This document shows positions 63,511 to 64,000 of a stretch of DNA of 64,000 nucleotides, piece by piece. The translations under genes and the position numbers were made by a program. The stretch covers positions 1,621-65,620 of the forward strand of contig DASZPA010000135.1 of assembly GCA_035550555.1 (NCBI GenBank), read 5' to 3'. The stretch's first letter is position 1, and each line of letters opens with the position of its first letter. The notes beneath the pieces were generated by a model, which had not been told where the DNA came from, made no database searches, and was given only the letters and a program-made list of their open reading frames with translations. The stretch comes from Fimbriimonas sp. Its GTDB lineage: Bacteria > Armatimonadota > Fimbriimonadia > Fimbriimonadales > Fimbriimonadaceae.

Positions 63511-64000
63511 ATGAAACGCAGTGGTTTCACACTCATTGAACTTCTCGTCGTGATCGCGATCATTGCGATCCTTGCCGCCATTCTGTTCCCAGTCTTCGCT
63601 CAGGCGAAGAAAGCCGCCAAGAAGACGTCAGACCTGAGCAACACCAAGCAGCTCGGCCTGGCCGCGCTCATGTATTCGAACGACAACGACGACATGGCCT
63701 GCGCCAATGGCGAAGGACTCGCTCCGTCCTCGACGTGGGGCGCTTGGACGCCGCTCGAGCCCTGGACGGGCGACACCGGCGCGCCGTTCGATCCCTACGG
63801 CGACGGCTACGGAGCGCCGCTTGGCTTCATGGATCCCCAAGCAGTCCAGAACTGGGGCCAAGAGACGTATCCCTACGTGAAGAGCATGGACTTGTTCGTC
63901 AGCCCTTCCACGCAAAACGACAGGGATGTAAACATGGCTCCCGTGGTCAACCCTCCGGGATTGGCGGGCAAATCCAGCTACGTGTTCAACGGCTGCCAAA
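63511..64000 (+). CDS. prepilin-type N-terminal cleavage/methylation domain protein (partial, runs off window)
   Basis: AGGAGA at 63500-63505. ATG 63511 encodes '[37 protein letters not shown]'. No stop before 64000. The ORF is absent from the track because it is open-ended. Confidence 0.85.
   Translation, partial: MKRSGFTLIELLVVIAIIAILAAILFPVFAQAKKAAKKTSDLSNTKQLGLAALMYSNDNDDMACANGEGLAPSSTWGAWTPLEPWTGDTGAPFDPYGDGYGAPLGFMDPQAVQNWGQETYPYVKSMDLFVSPSTQNDRDVNMAPVVNPPGLAGKSSYVFNGCQ

Noticed and set aside
1-64000. Many long ORFs antisense to or overlapping the called genes
   Set aside because: Examples are 1769..2449, 6017..6754, 10597..11649, 17119..17940, 20265..21725 (N-terminal part), 23739..24371, 50924..51811, 54308..54985, 59158..59760, 60648..61277, 61572..62384 and 62742..63514. 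These are typical high-GC shadow ORFs. They are Arg/Pro/Gly/Ala-rich and lack motifs, and each is covered by a gene on another frame or strand with clear family signatures.
1-64000. CRISPR arrays, rRNA genes, prophage or integrative element other than the IS
   Set aside because: I saw no short regularly spaced repeats, no rRNA-like conserved stretches, and no integrase, capsid or terminase-like translations in any frame.

Overview
High-GC, densely coding 64-kb chromosomal segment with about 60 protein genes, one tRNA and one sharply delimited insertion sequence. I found no rRNA, CRISPR array or prophage. All domain calls come from reading motifs in the supplied translations, because no database search was possible.

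Taxonomy (inference only): five paralogous prepilin-type proteins carry the leader (F/G)[24 protein letters not shown], and most have an H-X9-DG-like C-terminus. This suggests an Armatimonadota or Planctomycetota/Verrucomicrobiota-like genome.

Content, left to right:
1. An ABC-type ATPase plus a TOPRIM/DUF4276-like pair, and an orphan CHASE3 histidine kinase.
2. Pilin-like genes with an AraC regulator, and tRNA-Pro(GGG).
3. A fermentative or low-oxygen-looking island. It holds two tandem-Usp genes, a D-2-hydroxyacid dehydrogenase, phosphoketolase-acetate kinase, two LuxR-HTH/PAS paralogs, an ECF sigma factor with a YCII protein, and a PoxB-like TPP enzyme.
4. A GH13 / TIM-barrel / cupin / Gfo-Idh-MocA / DapA-like operon.
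5. glpK.
6. A metallophosphoesterase, an 1100-aa secreted six-hairpin-like protein, a sugar ABC importer and an aldo-keto reductase, arranged as one locus.
7. An operon encoding a Gly-Gly-terminated beta-grasp protein, a DUF4132 protein, an oxidoreductase and a cupin.
8. A 2.55-kb IS1595-family element with 8-bp target duplication. It carries three passenger ORFs, including a PIN nuclease, and has split a small membrane-protein gene.
9. A complete 4-hydroxyproline catabolic operon next to a DUF885 protein.
10. Further secreted proteins, pilin-like genes, a GH43 gene and ABC-transporter genes.

Most worth following up:
- the Ubl(GG)-DUF4132 operon;
- the IS-borne PIN / 290-aa / small-ORF cargo;
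- the ATPase + TOPRIM-like pair;
- a conserved 25-nt palindromic element shared by two promoters of the fermentative island, which sits close to FixL-like PAS/LuxR regulators.
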